64,000 nt of DNA, from assembly GCF_006345805.1 (NCBI RefSeq), contig NC_043003.1:27528001-27592000 (forward strand). Reading direction: 5' to 3'. Source of the stretch: Octopus sinensis (lineage: Eukaryota). The notes below the pieces were generated by a model. That model made no database searches, was not told the origin of the DNA, and was given only the letters and a program-made list of their open reading frames with translations. Below are positions 1-13,559 of this stretch, piece by piece. The stretch's first letter is position 1; each line of letters begins with the position of its first letter. The translations under genes were made by a program, and so were the position numbers.

Positions 1-699
1 TTATGTAGCTTGTTATTCTCTTTAAGTGAACATTTTTCTGGTTGAAATACACCGAAAAATGGTGACACAGCAGTAAAAAATCGTAAAAAATAGGGATTTT
101 CATAGAAAAAAAGCACCTTTTTGATGTAAATAATTTTTGGTCTTAACATGGTCCAATTCGAATTTTTCTTCTACGGAAGGAAAAGCAAACCTATCATACT
201 CTCGATTTTGGTCAACTTGTGTCGCAGGGTCTCGAAGGAGATAGTGTTAGTTGAAGGCTACCAAACCTGCTACACACAGACAATTTCAGCTTTATATATA
301 AAGATTTGTAATTGCTGTATCATACAGTTCAAATTAGTTTGGAAACATAAATATTAAAACAGCAGAGAGTTGTTTTAGGCTGGTGTCATATCACAGAAGC
401 TATATAATAAGTATCAGATCATATGATAGTGTTAACTGTGATAGACTAGTGTCATATCTCAGGAGAGTTATGAGAAGTAGTAAATCATTTGATAATGTTA
501 ACTTTGATAGACAGGTAATTTGTCTTAGGAATGATATGATCTGGTATTGTTAACTATGATGGAAAACATATCATATCTAGTAGTTAATAAATTTTAAAGT
601 TCCCAGATCAGATGTCATTTCCCCTTGTATTTTCATTTTCATTTATTTACCTCTGCAGTTTCCTCTTCATCCTTCCTCACATATTCTTGTATTTTGCAG

Positions 700-831
700 G
701 ACAACCAAGTTCCAGTCTGTCCCTTATGCAATACGCCAATTGGCTTAAAGAAAGGAGAACTTCCAGATGTTGTGATTGGCCATCATATAGACAATGATTG
801 TCAGTCAGATCCTGCCAGACAACGCCGAAAG
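700..831 (+). CDS. ZFAND2B: AN1-type zinc finger protein 2B (AIRAPL)-like, internal coding exon (C2HC/UBZ-like finger); upstream exons lie outside the window
   Basis: ttgcag|GAC...AAG|gtatca, 132 nt, phase 0-0. DNQVPVCPLCNTPIGLKKGELPDVVIGHHIDNDCQSDPARQRRK matches the QVPVCPLCN...HID.DC.SDPA segment I recall for ZFAND2A/B. Confidence 0.95.
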
Positions 832-1429
832 GTATCAACAACTCTTTTTTTTTTCGCTTTTGTTTATGTTTGAATATTTAATAGTTTGTGTGTGTATTTG
901 AGTGTTGCTATTTTTGTGTGTTGTCAGTGTGCTTGTGTTTGTGGTGTTTCTATGAAGGGTGTATGTTATTTGGATACAGCCAGACCAAGGCTGAAACTGC
1001 TATCCATAACTATTCCTCATTCCAGAAACAGACAAGTGTCCTTTTCTCCTAAACCCTGTCAATCTACCTGAAAAATTTGTAATATTTTGAAATTATCTCC
1101 CTTTCACATACAGTGTTTTCATTTCATTTCTCTGTCTGCAAGAGAAATTTTAATAAGACTTTGTCATGACTCTAGCATTTAATGCATTTCCCTCTCTAGT
1201 TAACTTTGTTACTCAAATTCATGCCACTGGCTTCATTATTATTTTTTTTGGTGGGGGCTCCTAATATTGGTGTTAGGAAGGGCATCCAGCCATAAAACCA
1301 TGCCAAAGCAGACATTGAGGCTTAATGCAGTCCTTAGAGACATCAGATCCTGTCAAACTAGCCAGTCCATTCCAGCAAAGAACATGGACATTAAATTACA
1401 TATATATATATGTTTGTGTGTGTGTGAAA

Positions 1430-1765
1430 GCACATGGCTCAGTGGTTAGAGCATCTGGCTCACAGTCATGAGGGAATGAATTCGATTCTTGGACCAGGCT
1501 ATGTGTTGTTATCTTGAGCAAGACCCTTTATTTCACGTTGCTCCTGTTCACTCAGCTGTAGAAATGAGTTGCAGCATCACTGGTGCCAAGCTGTATTGGC
1601 TTTTGCCTTTAACTTGGATAAAATTGGTGATGAGGAGAAGGGAGGCTGGTATGCATGGGTGACTGCTGGTCTTCCATAAACAACCTTGCCTGGACTTGTG
1701 TCTCAAAGGGTAACTTTCTAGGTCCCATATCCTGGTCATTCATGACTGAAGGGTGTCTTTTACCC
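1430..1765 (+). mobile_element. tRNA-derived SINE (family D); related copies 18546-18843-, 24575-24830+, 62083-62405+
   Basis: TGGCTCAGTGGTTAGAGC head and CTTGAGCAAGAC...CACTCAGCTGTAGAAATGAGTTGC body, shared among copies. Confidence 0.8.
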
Positions 1766-2001
1766 TTTATATATATTAATATATCATCATTGTCTCAACA
1801 TCCATTTTTCCATGCTTGCATGGGTTTGACTAAATTTGTTGAGGCAAATTTTTCATCGTTGAATACCCTTCGTGTTCCCAATCCTCACCAAATTCCCCAT
1901 GGCGAGACATAATTTTGGCAGACTATTGGAAATGACACTGCTTATATGACAGTGACACCCTTTTACAACTTTCACATGATGTTAAAACAAGGAAATACAT
2001 G

Positions 2002-2034
<33 letters not shown>

Positions 2035-2369
2035 CGTTTCAGGTTCAGTTCCACTGCTCAGTATCTTGGACAAGTGTTCTCTGAAGTAGATTTGGTAGAA
2101 GCTTGGAAATAGATGAGGGTTGGCAACAGAAAAGGCATCTGACTATATAAATCTGCCTCAACAAGTTCTGTATGATCCATGAAAGCACAAAAGAATGAAG
2201 AGTAAAATGATGATGATGATAAATGATTATGTATATGTGAGAAAAGAGAGAATTGTGGAAATGGTTCTTAAAAATTATTTACTAGTATTTCCTTTTTGTG
2301 AAAATGAAAATGTTTTTTACTTCCTCCATTTTTCAAGTATTGATATTTGAATTTGTTTATTCATTACAG

Positions 2370-2414
2370 ATTTATGTAAATAAATGTTCATTTAAAGGAT
2401 GTAAACAGAAAGAG
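2370..2414 (+). CDS. ZFAND2B: ZFAND2B-like exon, first half of second AN1 finger
   Basis: ttacag|ATT...GAG|gtgagt, 45 nt. IYVNKCSFKGCKQKE (C-x4-C). Confidence 0.93.
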
Positions 2415-3061
2415 GTGAGTTATTTCATATTTTATTCTTTTATATCTCTTTGGATATCTATGTGCATGCCTCTGTGTGTGTGTGTGTGCGTGTGTGTGTG
2501 ATTTAGTCAAGAAAGAATGATTTTGTTGAAGGGCCTCAGACATGGATGAGGAAAGGAAGAATGGAACAGTGGCTATTGGGTTATCTATACATTGGTGTCT
2601 GGGTTTAGAAGCTTGCAACAAAGTGGACCCCACTAAATGTATCTAACAGCCAGGTGATTGCATTAAACCTTAAGATAGATTTTTGTCACCCAAGAACATG
2701 TACAAACCATACAACTGACATGGCCATCCAGCTGACATATATAATTACCTCTCTATTTATATTAATTCAGTTTCAATTGATACATTCCTTTTTTGATGGT
2801 GAACTAAGCCTCTCATATTTTCTGATAGTGAAAACAACTGTACCAATTTGCTAGAAATAGCCACCAGATTTCCCTCAAATCAAAATTCATCTCATAAAAG
2901 CTAAAGACTTTGAACAATGTAATACTAGGTACATCAAATACATGGGGTGGTCACCACAGTTGGGACATATCTGTCGATAGTGTTCTCAGTCAGGATTGAC
3001 CTGACCTAAAAAACAAATGAGTTAACCCTTCAACATTCAGATTATTTTATTTTTCATTCAC

Positions 3062-3443
3062 ATTACTCTTTTACTCTTTTACTTGTTTCAGTCATTTGAC
3101 TGCGGCCATGCTGGAGCACTGCCTTTAGTCGAGCAAATCGACCCCGAGACTTATTCTTTGTAAGCCCAGTACTTATTCTATCGGTCTCTTTTGCCGAACC
3201 GCTAAGTGACGGGGACGTAAACCAGCATCGGTTGTCAAGCAATGCTAGGGGGACAAACACTCACATACATATACATATATACGACAGGCTTCTTTCAGTT
3301 TCCGTCTACCAAATCCACTCACAAGGCATTGGTCGACCCGGGGCTATAGCAGAAGACACTTGCCCAAGATGCCACACAGTAGGACTGAACCCGGAACCAT
3401 GTGGTTGGTTAGCAAGCTACTTACCACACAGCCATTCCTGCAC
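3062..3443 (-). mobile_element. tRNA-derived SINE (family A, CTTGGGCAAGTGTCTTCTACTATAGCC core) nested in a TTAA-flanked MITE. Other copies: 22408-22977+, 25660-26030+, 43925-44310+, 49478-49859+, 50590-50971+, 51512-51862-, 55170-55553-, 61226-61593+, 62676-63068-
   Basis: A-box-like GGCTGTGTGGTAAG, B-box-like GGTTCAGTCCC, internal (TA/TG)n, (GTAAAAGA)n tail; many similar copies in the window. Confidence 0.88.
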
Positions 3444-3672
3444 CTACATTGTATTTAATTAATCATGAATTATCTCATAGTTTTGAAATTTTGATATGAT
3501 ATGATTGTATGTTTTTAGAATAACATTGAATGGTAGGTGTGATAGGCTGCATCTGGCTGGTTAGACCATAAAACAAAAAGCATATTTGGGCCAGATATGG
3601 CCTGTTTAAATGCTAAAGGGTTAAAAAAGACTGACTTCTAAATGCTATCTCTTCATTTGTTTTTTTTTTTAG

Positions 3673-3788
3673 ATGGTTCCCGTAAGATGTGACCGCTGTC
3701 AGAAAAATTATTGTCTGAAACACCGCCATGAACAGGACCACAAATGTACCAGTCTCCAAGATTCTGGTAAACCAATGTCACGGTCAGG
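3673..3788 (+). CDS. ZFAND2B: ZFAND2B-like exon, rest of AN1 finger
   Basis: poly-T ag|ATG...GG|gtaagt, 116 nt, phase 0-2. MVPVRCDRCQKNYCLKHRHEQDHKCTSLQDSGKPMSRS(G) has C-x2-C-x4-C-x2-H-x5-H-x-C. Absent from the ORF track because it is short. Confidence 0.95.
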
Positions 3789-4689
3789 GTAAGTTTGGTT
3801 GAGGGCAGTAGCCAACAAATTTAGATAAATACTTTTGGTTTAGCATGTTTCCAATGAAATACAATTTGTGTGTCTCAATGAATTTGGAGGGTTTTTGTAA
3901 TAATTATGCTTTTATTGTTAAGCTGGTGTTTTATAGATTTTTTGATGGAAGATGCCAGATGGCCATCCGATGCCCATTAATTTAATTTTAAAATGACCAC
4001 CACAATGTCAAGTTCTTGTAGCAGTGTGGACGCTTGTATCTTGACATTTTTTCCTGAGTGCTATACCAGTGGAGCACGAGCTCCTAATAGGGTATTTCAT
4101 GCTGGACAGGTCAAAGATTAGAGGCCAGATTAACATGAACTACTCAGAGGTAAAAATGGACTTCTGTAGGGCCAATATCCTTACATAGAAAAAAAAAACT
4201 GAGTTACAGAAGCATCAATGACTGTTCTAAACTCACAAAACCTAAGAGATGAATTCATCTTCAACTGTCCAAAGTTGAGAATAATGGAGAAAAGTTGTTG
4301 ATGATTTGTACTCCATAGTAAGTGAAGGGTTTAAAGAAACATTTTGAAATTAGAGGTTTTAGATTTTTTTATCATGGAACTTGAGTAGATTGGTGTCAAA
4401 AATGTTTAAAAATGCCAAAATATTTTAGATGATTTATTAAAGGTTTTCTTTTTTTTTTTTTGAGCTGATGTGGGCACCACCTCTTTATTTGCAATAACCA
4501 AAAATACCTCAAACCTCAATCTGTTTCCTTAAATTCTTTGATAGCAACCAGATTGAGATTGCCTCTGGCTTTGTGATACAAACTTCATGCTTTAAATTGA
4601 TCTAAACAAAAATCTATCTAAATTTTGTATTAATTTATATTCCAAACACCAGTTTAGTAATGACAAAGTCACTAAATTCTTTGGAATCT

Positions 4690-4800
4690 ACTACTAATCA
4701 AGAGATGGATTTCCAGGCTGTTAAGAAATGGAGTGAGAAGTGGCTGGTAATTTTCAACCCTGGCAAGACCAAACTCATGTCTTTCAATAGGAAGCGGGGT
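4690..4800 (+). mobile_element. Small LINE RT fragment
   Basis: DFQAVKKWSEKWLVIFNPGKTKLM. Confidence 0.55.
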
Positions 4801-5503
4801 CCCTAATTTCCTCCCATTTATGAGGTCCCTAACTTCCTCCCATTTATGATAGGTTGAGGTATCACATGGTGAGGCAGTCAAACCACTTAAGGAAAGGTCT
4901 TCTTTGTATTACTTGGTCTTACTTTTTCACCTGATTTTTCTTCAGGTTCTTGCATATAGTCAATTGGTAGATTTGTTTCCCATAAGGTTAGGTTACTGTA
5001 TAGGTCAAAGGACTACCTCACATCCAAGGCCATTTTGTATCTTTAGCAATCCACCATTCATCTTGATACTACCACATCTTAACATCTGTTCCACTCAATT
5101 CTTGCCATTGTGTGAACAATCAACTTTAAGACACTCTGACATTTTTACAACACTCTTAAACCACACTGCAACAGAACTATAAGAACACTCTCTCTTTCAC
5201 TTGATTTTTGCCACTACATGTCCAGTCACTACTAAAACTTATACATCTAAAATATTCTATTACTATGCCTTCTCAAGAACACTATCTCCTGCACAGTCCT
5301 TGCCATTTCACAAACAGGCACCTTAGAACATCAGTATATTATTACAAGAACACTATTTCTTACATTCATCTCCTCCTCTGTTGTCGTTGTCGTCTCGTGA
5401 GCACCATTATTCATCATTATTACTGGAATTAAATTTGCCCTGATCTGGGGCTGATAAAGTACCAGTCAATTAGTGCAGTAAATGGTATTGATTACCCATC
5501 TTT

Positions 5504-5736
5504 AAAGGCGGCGAGCTGGCAGAAACGTAAGCACACCGGGCGAAATGCTTAGCGGTATTTCGTCTGCGTTACGTTGTGAGTTCAAATTCCGCCGCGGTCG
5601 ACTTTGCCCTTCATGCTTTCGGGGTCAATAAATTAAGTACCAGTTACGCACTGGGGTCGATGTAATCGACTTAATACCTATGTCTGTCCTTGTTTGTCCC
5701 CTCTGTGTTTAGCCCCTTGTGGGTAATAAAGAAATA
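5504..5736 (+). mobile_element. Young SINE (family B: GGCGAGCTGGCAGAA...GCCTTTCATCCTTTCGGGGTCGATAA core) with 20-bp target-site duplication
   Basis: GGTATTGATTACCCATCTTT at 5484-5503 and 5737-5756; CpGs retained. Another copy at ~7947-8137 sits inside the Dong element with AGATTAGTTAATTTAGT duplicated. Confidence 0.88.
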
Positions 5737-6018
5737 GGTATTGATTACCCATCTTTTCCCCAAATCACTAGTGTTGAACCTAAATCTGAACCCTTTAAAA
5801 ACAGCAAGCTCACAGAATTGTTAGAGCATCAGAAAAAATGCTTTGTTGTATTTGTTCTTATTCTTTACATTGAGTTCAAATCCCATCAGTCAGCTTTGCC
5901 TTTTATCCTTCTGGAGTCAATAAGGCATGGTACCTGTCAAGTACTGGTATAGGATGATATCAACTATTTCCTCTGCCCTTAAAGCTGCTGGCTTTGTGCC
6001 AAAATTTGAATATAATTT

Positions 6019-6065
<47 letters not shown>

Positions 6066-6077
6066 ATTATTATTATT

Positions 6078-9050
6078 TCAATTTCTTCTTTCAATTTTGT
6101 TTCCGTTTCTTGCTGGGTGCCTTACTGACGCCTAGGGAAAAGAAATTCCCTGTATGCACTTGTAGGCTATTAAATTAAGCGTACCAGAGTGTTCATTTAA
6201 AAGTCAAGTTACATGAAAGAAGAAAAAGAAAAAAAAAAGAAAAAGAAAGAAAAGAAAAAAGGAAAAAAATTACATGGGTTGTAATCATTCTCACGTCGAC
6301 AATGCTCTTCTCAATATGTGTGACGTACCAGTTAAAACAATCTTTTGCATTTTTTGCATGGATGGTAAGCCAGGGATCATTCTCATATAATTTTCAGTTC
6401 CTTTTCTTGTTCATTCCAAATGCTCCTACAATCACTGGTATTGTAACTGCCTTGAGATGCCACATTTTTTTCAATTTAAATGAGCAAATTTTATATTTTC
6501 TGAGCTTGTCAAATTCTTTTGCTGAGATATGAGAATCACAAGGAATACTCATGTTGATCAATAAACAGATTTTATTGTTTTGATCTTTCACAACAATATC
6601 TGGTTTATCAGCTTTAATGGTTCTGTCTGTATACTGGAAAGTCCCAAAGAACCGTTACATTTTCTCCATCAGAGTGGTGCCTATACCATTTGTCAACAGA
6701 TTTTATTTTATAGTGCCGACATCTTAACCAGTGGCCAACTCTGTCAGGTCTTGATTTATACTTCACTGGTACATTCTTCACTTTACATTATGAGGTTGAG
6801 TGGTTCCATCATTGCAGAATCAACACTTTGGGTCTGCTCCATTTTTCTTCACATTGGCTTGGTAGTTGTAGGTCAATAAGCTTTGAATTTGAGCAGCAAA
6901 GATGAAGCTTTTGCTCTCTGCCTTTAGCCCTGAAGTATGTAGGGTTGGCTCCTGGTCCACATCAGCTTGTTTGCTACAGGCTACATATTTGCCATGCAGA
7001 GGTTGGTTATCAGCCAGTTGGTTATGCACTTTTTTCCTTCAGAAAGTTTGAAATTACAGCAGAAATTTTGAAGGTGTCCATTGATTTCAAAATCCATCAA
7101 TGTGTTATGCTGTCAAAAGGCGTTTTTATAATCATTCGATGTGGAACTGAGAGTTTTGCATTTGTTATGAGTTCTCAAGGATCATGCAATTAATTAGGAG
7201 TTGATCTTTGCATCCATATGAGTCTTGTCAGCACCCTTTTTGTTCGGTGAAGAAAATATCATTCTGTTCTATAAATGCATATGTTTTCTCTAAGATGATG
7301 GATGCTAAAATTTTATAAGTGATGGATAAACAGATTATGGGCCAGTAGTTTTTGTTTTGACTTTGGTTTCATTATTCTTTAGAAGAAGGTAAATAATACC
7401 ACTTGCTTAGGATCTGTCACAATGTTATTGAACAGCTGAACTAACTTTGCATGTGTGCACAGGAGTGATGCAAGTCTGAAATTTGGCATCTTATCTTTAC
7501 CAGAGGATTTCCATTTATGAGCCTTCATGAGTGTCATCCTTAGGTCAGTTGTTATGATGCCTTCCCATGCTTGTTCTGGTAAATTTTGGTTGGATCCTTC
7601 TGTGCACCTAATCCAGTCTGCACTTTCATTGTATGTCTTCTTATCACTCCAAATCTTTTTCCAAAAGTTTTCATGATCTTTCATGGGAGTGGGAATCTTT
7701 CAATGGTAATTTTCTGCTTCCCTATTTGTCTGTAGAATGTTTTGGCATAGGATGTGAACAGCTTATTGTGCTTGTAAAACCAGTTTCTCTTCTCAAATCT
7801 TTGTATTCTTTGAGCTTTTGCTTGGACTTTTTGTTTCAGTGTTCGTTTTTTGAAAGTAGTCCTTCTCTTGGTGAGAATCCATATTTCCTCTTCATCTTTC
7901 TTCCTTTTCTGTATCTTACTTTCCACAGATTAGTTAATTTAGTTTGAAGGTGGTGAGCTGGCAGAAATGTTGGCAGGCCGGGCGAAATCCTTAGTGATAT
8001 TTCGTCTGCCATTACGTTCTGAGTTCAAATTCCGCCAAGGTCAACTTTGCCTTTCATCCTTTCAATGTAATCGACTTAATCCCTTTGTCTGTCCTTGTTT
8101 GTCTCTATGTTTAGCCCCTGTGGGCAATAAAGAAATAAGATTAGTTAATTTAGTATTGATATTTCCCCTCTCATTAATTAAATCTCTTTTTCAGTCTTAA
8201 TTCTCCAGTTTGATTTCTTCTTAGGTTTGGTTTTGTTTTATCAGAGACATACAACTGGTTTCAATTGCCTTAGCAGATGCATAAATAATTTAACTCAATA
8301 AGATCAAGTTTTAATGATTTCTTTTGTTACATAGTTGCCAATTTTAATTTTTTTTTTTGAGAGTTTATGAGAGTTTATGAAGTGGTTCTCTATCATTCAT
8401 ACTTGTATGTCTTACAACTGCAAGCTCATTCAGAATTTTCTGTTTCATTTCTATCATAAATTCTCTGTGTTCTTCAGCAAATGTACAGTCTTCAAATACT
8501 GTTTCTTTACCACTTTTCTGGCTCTCTTTACCAGGTTTATTAGAGTTTCTTATTTCTTTAGGTTTTTGTATGATTTAGTCAGATGACAGTCTTTCAATTA
8601 AAGCATGTGGTAGGCTATTCTCTTCATCCGAGTCTTCGTTTCCTTCTTGTCTTATATTTAGGTCATTTTTTTGTTGCATGCTTGATCGTGATTATTTCAC
8701 TATCTGTGAGTCTATTATTTCTAAAGATATCCCCTTAACATTTGCTAGCTTGTTTTCATCCAAATAGGATCTGCTCTCTTGATTTATGTTCTCCATATTT
8801 TGTAAAAGTTTGCAGTGTGTCTCTCTTGAGATGGTTTACCTAATGCATAGTAATAAGTGTATATTAATTCTTTATACTCTTCCCGCTTAGATTTTTCTTT
8901 CTGTGTCGGTAAATTTGGAAGGCTCAAGTTGTGGCAGTTCTTGTTCAAATAAACATCCAGGTTTGTATTTAGAGAAAAGTGTGTGCTATTGGCTGATGTT
9001 TCAACCCCAGGTTGGCTCTCTCCTGAGGGACAATTTTCCAGCTTAACCAT
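6078..9050 (-). mobile_element. Degenerate Dong/R4-like non-LTR retrotransposon with restriction-like endonuclease; boundaries approximate
   Basis: Fragments HENFWKKIWS..YNESADWI, HGKY...SGLKAESKSFIFAAQIQSLLTYNY...DPKC, LLINMSIP..KEFDKLRKYK...IPVIVGAFG. The 3' end abuts (TAA)n at 6021-6077, the known Dong-type target. Confidence 0.8.
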
Positions 9051-9473
9051 ATGACAAATGATTTGGTGTGTTTTTATTAATTTTCCTTTTCATTTCATAA
9101 GACATTTTTCTGTTACATTAATATTGTTAATATTGAGCCCTGCATAGCTAATGTAGAAATGGTTATTATCCCTACCATTATTATCCCCTCCACCATTATT
9201 GTTGTCACAATTACCACTACCATTATGACTAAAGTGGTGAGCTGGCAGAATTGTTAGCATGCTAGGCAAAATGCTTAGCGGTATTTCATCCATCTTCTGA
9301 GTTGAATCTCTGCCAAGGTTGACTTTGCAGTTCATCCTTTCGGGGTTGATAAAAAAAAGTACCAGTTGAGTACTGGAGTCAATGTAATCAACTGTTACCC
9401 ATCCCCAGAATTTCAAGTCTTGTGCCTATAGTAGGCAGGATTATTGTTGTTATTATTATCATCTACTTTACAG

Positions 9474-9554
9474 GGCAGCTGCAGCAGCAAGAGCACATAT
9501 ATCTGATGGACCATTTCGCACAAATTCTCCACGACAGACGAAAATCTCAGAAAG
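9474..9554 (+). CDS. ZFAND2B: ZFAND2B-like exon (completes VIM-like SRxGxAAxxRA motif, then linker)
   Basis: ttacag|G GCA GCT...AG|gtaagg, 81 nt, phase 2-2. AAAAARAHISDGPFRTNSPRQTKISE; frame continuous with both neighbours. Confidence 0.88.
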
Positions 9555-10059
9555 GTAAGGATAATTCTCTTGCTTTAAAGCCTGTTAGAGATGGTTAGAC
9601 TGTCTGCTTACTTGAGCTTTAATAAACTGATATAGCATGGCTGCAGCTTTGAGCTGAAACTGATAAAAGAATATAGTGATGTTCTCAGTGATGATGGTGA
9701 TAAGAATGATGCAGTAGTGGGTTGAAGCGTTTGCCAACCTTACCATATACATACAAATGAGGGCTTGGAGGCAGGCAATGAGTGAAGGCATGCTCTACGC
9801 GCGCATACACACACACACACACACACACACACAGAACCAAAGTGTTAGAAGAGAGGGCAAATAACATAGTGGATGGAACTATTCAAATTGTGGCATACAC
9901 CCATAAGTGTTTTGAGTGGAAATGTAATCAGTTCAGTTGAAGGTTTGAATGTGGCTGAGGGACTGAAACAACAAATTACAGTAAAACAGAGTGGACCACC
10001 TGTATGTTAGCCAAAGCAAAATAAAGAATTGCCCACAATAAAAAGTAAACATTGTTCTT

Positions 10060-10350
10060 AAGTAGATGTTCTGTGGTTGGGGTTACACATCGATTTTGCT
10101 GGTCCTTTAAATGGTTCTTACTACTTAGTGGTAGTTGATAATTTTTTCGGAATGGCCTGAAATTTGTAAGTGTAAAAAACCAACCTCCTCAACTGTGATA
10201 AATTTTTTACACAAATTGTTTGCAAGATTTGGCATCCCAAACAAGATAGTATCTGACAATGGAACACAGTTTATGTCTGTAGAATTCAAAAGATTTTGTG
10301 AATCATTCGTGGTAGAACATAAACTACTGTGCAATACCATTCCAGATCTA
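10060..10350 (+). mobile_element. Gypsy-type integrase remnant
   Basis: LHIDFAGPLNGSYYLVVVD / WPEI...LFARFGIPNKIVSDNGTQF (rve core). Confidence 0.85.
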
Positions 10351-10563
10351 ATCTAATGTGTGTGTATATGTGTGTGTGTGTGTGTCTGTTTTTGTCCCAC
10401 TAGCTTGACATATAGTGCTTTTGTTGTTTACATCCCCATACAAGAGCAGTTCTGCAACAGAGACTGAGGGAATAAGTCCTGGGGTTGATATATTTAAGGT
10501 AGTGCCTTGTCACGGCAGCAGTCCAATGACTAAAACAAGTAAAACATACACATACCATATATA

Positions 10564-10617
<54 letters not shown>

Positions 10618-10824
10618 TACACACACACACACGCACACACATCTTATTAGAATTCTTGTATTGTTACTGCAGACTGCTTCTCTGCATTAGTGAGCATATT
10701 GTTCCCCTAAACTTCATTTTTCTTCTCTAAGGTGTTATATGTCCCAGCAATCTGTGAACAATTGTAAGTGAATGACACAAAAAATACACATAGCTTTAAT
10801 AGTTTTGTTTATTTTTATTCTCAG

Positions 10825-10885
10825 CTTCAGAAATGGCGGGAGTGGTTCTCGCCAAGCCAATGCTTCAGCCATCCAAGGTCAAATG
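10825..10885 (+). CDS. ZFAND2B: ZFAND2B-like linker exon
   Basis: tctcag|C TTC...ATG|gtaaga, 61 nt, phase 2-0. FRNGGSGSRQANASAIQGQM leads into the UIM (QG.MSEDEAL). Confidence 0.88.
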
Positions 10886-11924
10886 GTAAGAATTTTTTGT
10901 CTGTTTATATATTATTTTTTAATTATTAAAGTACCAGTTGTGCACTGGGGTTGATGTAATTGACTAGCCCTTCACCCGAAATTTCAGGCCTTATGCCTAT
11001 AGTAGAGAAGATTATTATTTATTAAGGTGGTGAGTTGACCGAATCATTAGCATACTAATCAATAATGCTTGGTGATATTTCATGAAGCTTTATGATCTGA
11101 GTTCAAATTCCACCAAACTTGATTTTGCTTATTATTCTTTCATGGTCAGTAAAAAAGCACCAGTTGGACACTGAATGTGCACACTCCCCCAAAATTTCAG
11201 GCTTTTTGCTTATTGTAGAAAGAATTATATCATCCATCTGTGTTTGAAGTTCTAATTCTGCCAAGGTCGATTTTGCCATTCATCCTTTCAGGGTTAATGA
11301 AATAAGTACCAATTGCATACTGGGGTCAATGTAATCAACTGACCCTCTCCTCTAAAATTTTAGGCCTTGTGCCTATAATAGAAATTATTATTATTATTAT
11401 TATTGTTCTAGCTGGTAGAATTGTTAGCATGCCAGGCAAAATGCTTAGCAGCGTTTTGTCCTTACATTCGTAGTTCAAATTCTGCCAAGGTCAACTTTGC
11501 CTTTCATCCTTTCAGGGTCGATAAAATAAGCGTTAGTTGAACACTGGGGTCGATGTAATTGACTAGTTCCCTTCCCACTTGTGCCTACAGTAGAAAGAAT
11601 TATTATTATTTTATGATATAAGTGGTTGTAGAGTGATGGCTTGCATTATATTGTTATGTCCTTTGATAATCTAAGTTCAAATTCTGGTTGTTTGCCTTCA
11701 TTCTTCTGAAGTTATGATAAAATAAAGTTCCAGTGGTCTACAGGGGTCAGTTAAATTGACTGAATTTCTCTCTCTACACAGTAGGACTTCTGCCCCATGT
11801 TAGAAATCATAATAATTATAACCTTGCAAAGGCACACAACTAGAAATTTATGGAGAGGGGTTAGTCAGTTATTTTGACCTCAGTATTTGACTGGTATTAT
11901 TTTTTTTATTGCTTTTAGAAGCAT

Positions 11925-12620
11925 GAGAGGCATCAGATGTGGTGTGCAAGAGAAGACTGTGCTGGTATGGTTATGTGATGTGTATGTATGAGGACAGCTG
12001 TATAAAGAAGTACCAATCTTTAACTGTGGAGGGAATCTGTGTAAGAGGTAGGTCAAGGAAGATAGGGAATATCTTCCTTAGGGAGGTAGATCAAGGAAGA
12101 AGGCGGCGAGCTGGCAGAAACGTTAACACACCAGGCGAAATGCTTAGTGGTATTTCGTCAGCCGCTACATTCTGAGTTCAAATTCTATCGATGTCGACTT
12201 TGCCTTTCATCCTTTCAGAATAAGTACCAGTTACGCTCTGGGGTCAATATAATTGACTTAATCTGTTTGTCTGATCCTGTTTGTCCCCTCTGTGTGTAGC
12301 CCCTTGTGGGCAGTAAAGAAATAAGGAAGACAGGGAATGAAGTGGTGAAGCATGATCTTCAGAGTGATTGAGACCTTTGGTGATTTGCTGTGCTTGAGAG
12401 AACATACATCAAGCCAACTGAAATCATAGTTGTGACCAGTGCTGGTGACATGTAAAAGGCACTCACTACACACTGTGGACTGGTTGACATTAGGAAGGGC
12501 ATCTAAGTATAGAAACCAAGCCAAATCAGACTGGAGCCTGGTACTCTGGCTTACCAGTTCTAGTCAAATTGTCTAACCCATGCCAGCATGGAAAACAGAT
12601 GCTAAATGAGGATGAGGATG
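11925..12620 (+). mobile_element. RTE-like LINE 3' end with SINE-type tail, interrupted by a SINE at ~12100-12322
   Basis: RRLCWYGYVM...VEGICVRGRSRK continues after the insert as KTGNEVVKHDL. AAGGAAGA is duplicated on both sides of the insert. Confidence 0.7.
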
Positions 12621-12775
12621 TGAGGTAATAGTAGACTTCACTGGATTTGGAAATCAGAATGTAAAAAACTATTAAGCTATAGCTTAACATGCCAGAGGAA
12701 GAAAGAGAAAAGGATGTTTTGGGTAATACCCTTTATCAAAGAGAAGGAAAAAGAATTGAGAGACAATGGAAACAG

Positions 12776-12825
<50 letters not shown>

Positions 12826-12883
12826 TCCCCAAAAAAGCCATTTGTTCACATGGTCATGTCTCTGGTAGATTCTTTCTGAGACT

Positions 12884-12936
<53 letters not shown>

Positions 12937-12984
12937 TGTCTATGTGTGTATAGAAATTCTATAATTTTGTCTCTTATTTTCCAG

Positions 12985-13064
12985 TCTGAAGATGAAGCTC
13001 TTGCTAAAGCTTTACAACTTTCCCTGTCAGAAAACCAACACACAACATCACTTTCCAATAAAAA
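12985..13064 (+). CDS. ZFAND2B: ZFAND2B-like exon, UIM 1
   Basis: ttccag|TCT...AA|gtaagt, 80 nt, phase 0-2. SEDEALAKALQLSLSE is a canonical ubiquitin-interacting motif. Confidence 0.93.
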
Positions 13065-13559
13065 GTAAGTAACTGTCTCTTTGTTGCACATTTACATGCA
13101 TGCACACACACAAACACACACACACACACACACACACCACACACACACACACAGACATGGACACACATTGCTTGCATGTATTGTACAAACATGCATGTAC
13201 CTACATTGTGTAAGCATGCACACAAATGTTGCACTCATGCTGGCAAGTTGTAAATATACATATGCCTGTTGTAAACATACTTGCATGGTGCAAGCATGCA
13301 CTTACAATTGTTGCATTTATGCAGGTACACATTGTAAGTATATACACATAGTGCAAACTTTCATGCACATACATGGTGTAAACATGCATACAGCAATGTA
13401 GCCACATGCTGCTAATCTATACAGATAATACAAACATACATGTCCATACATTGTGTAAACATGGATACATAAATGTGTTAGTGCACCCACATGTTGTAAA
13501 TATGCTTGAAGGAAGTTTTTTTTTATTACCCTCTCTAAAAACTCTGAAATGAAATAATT

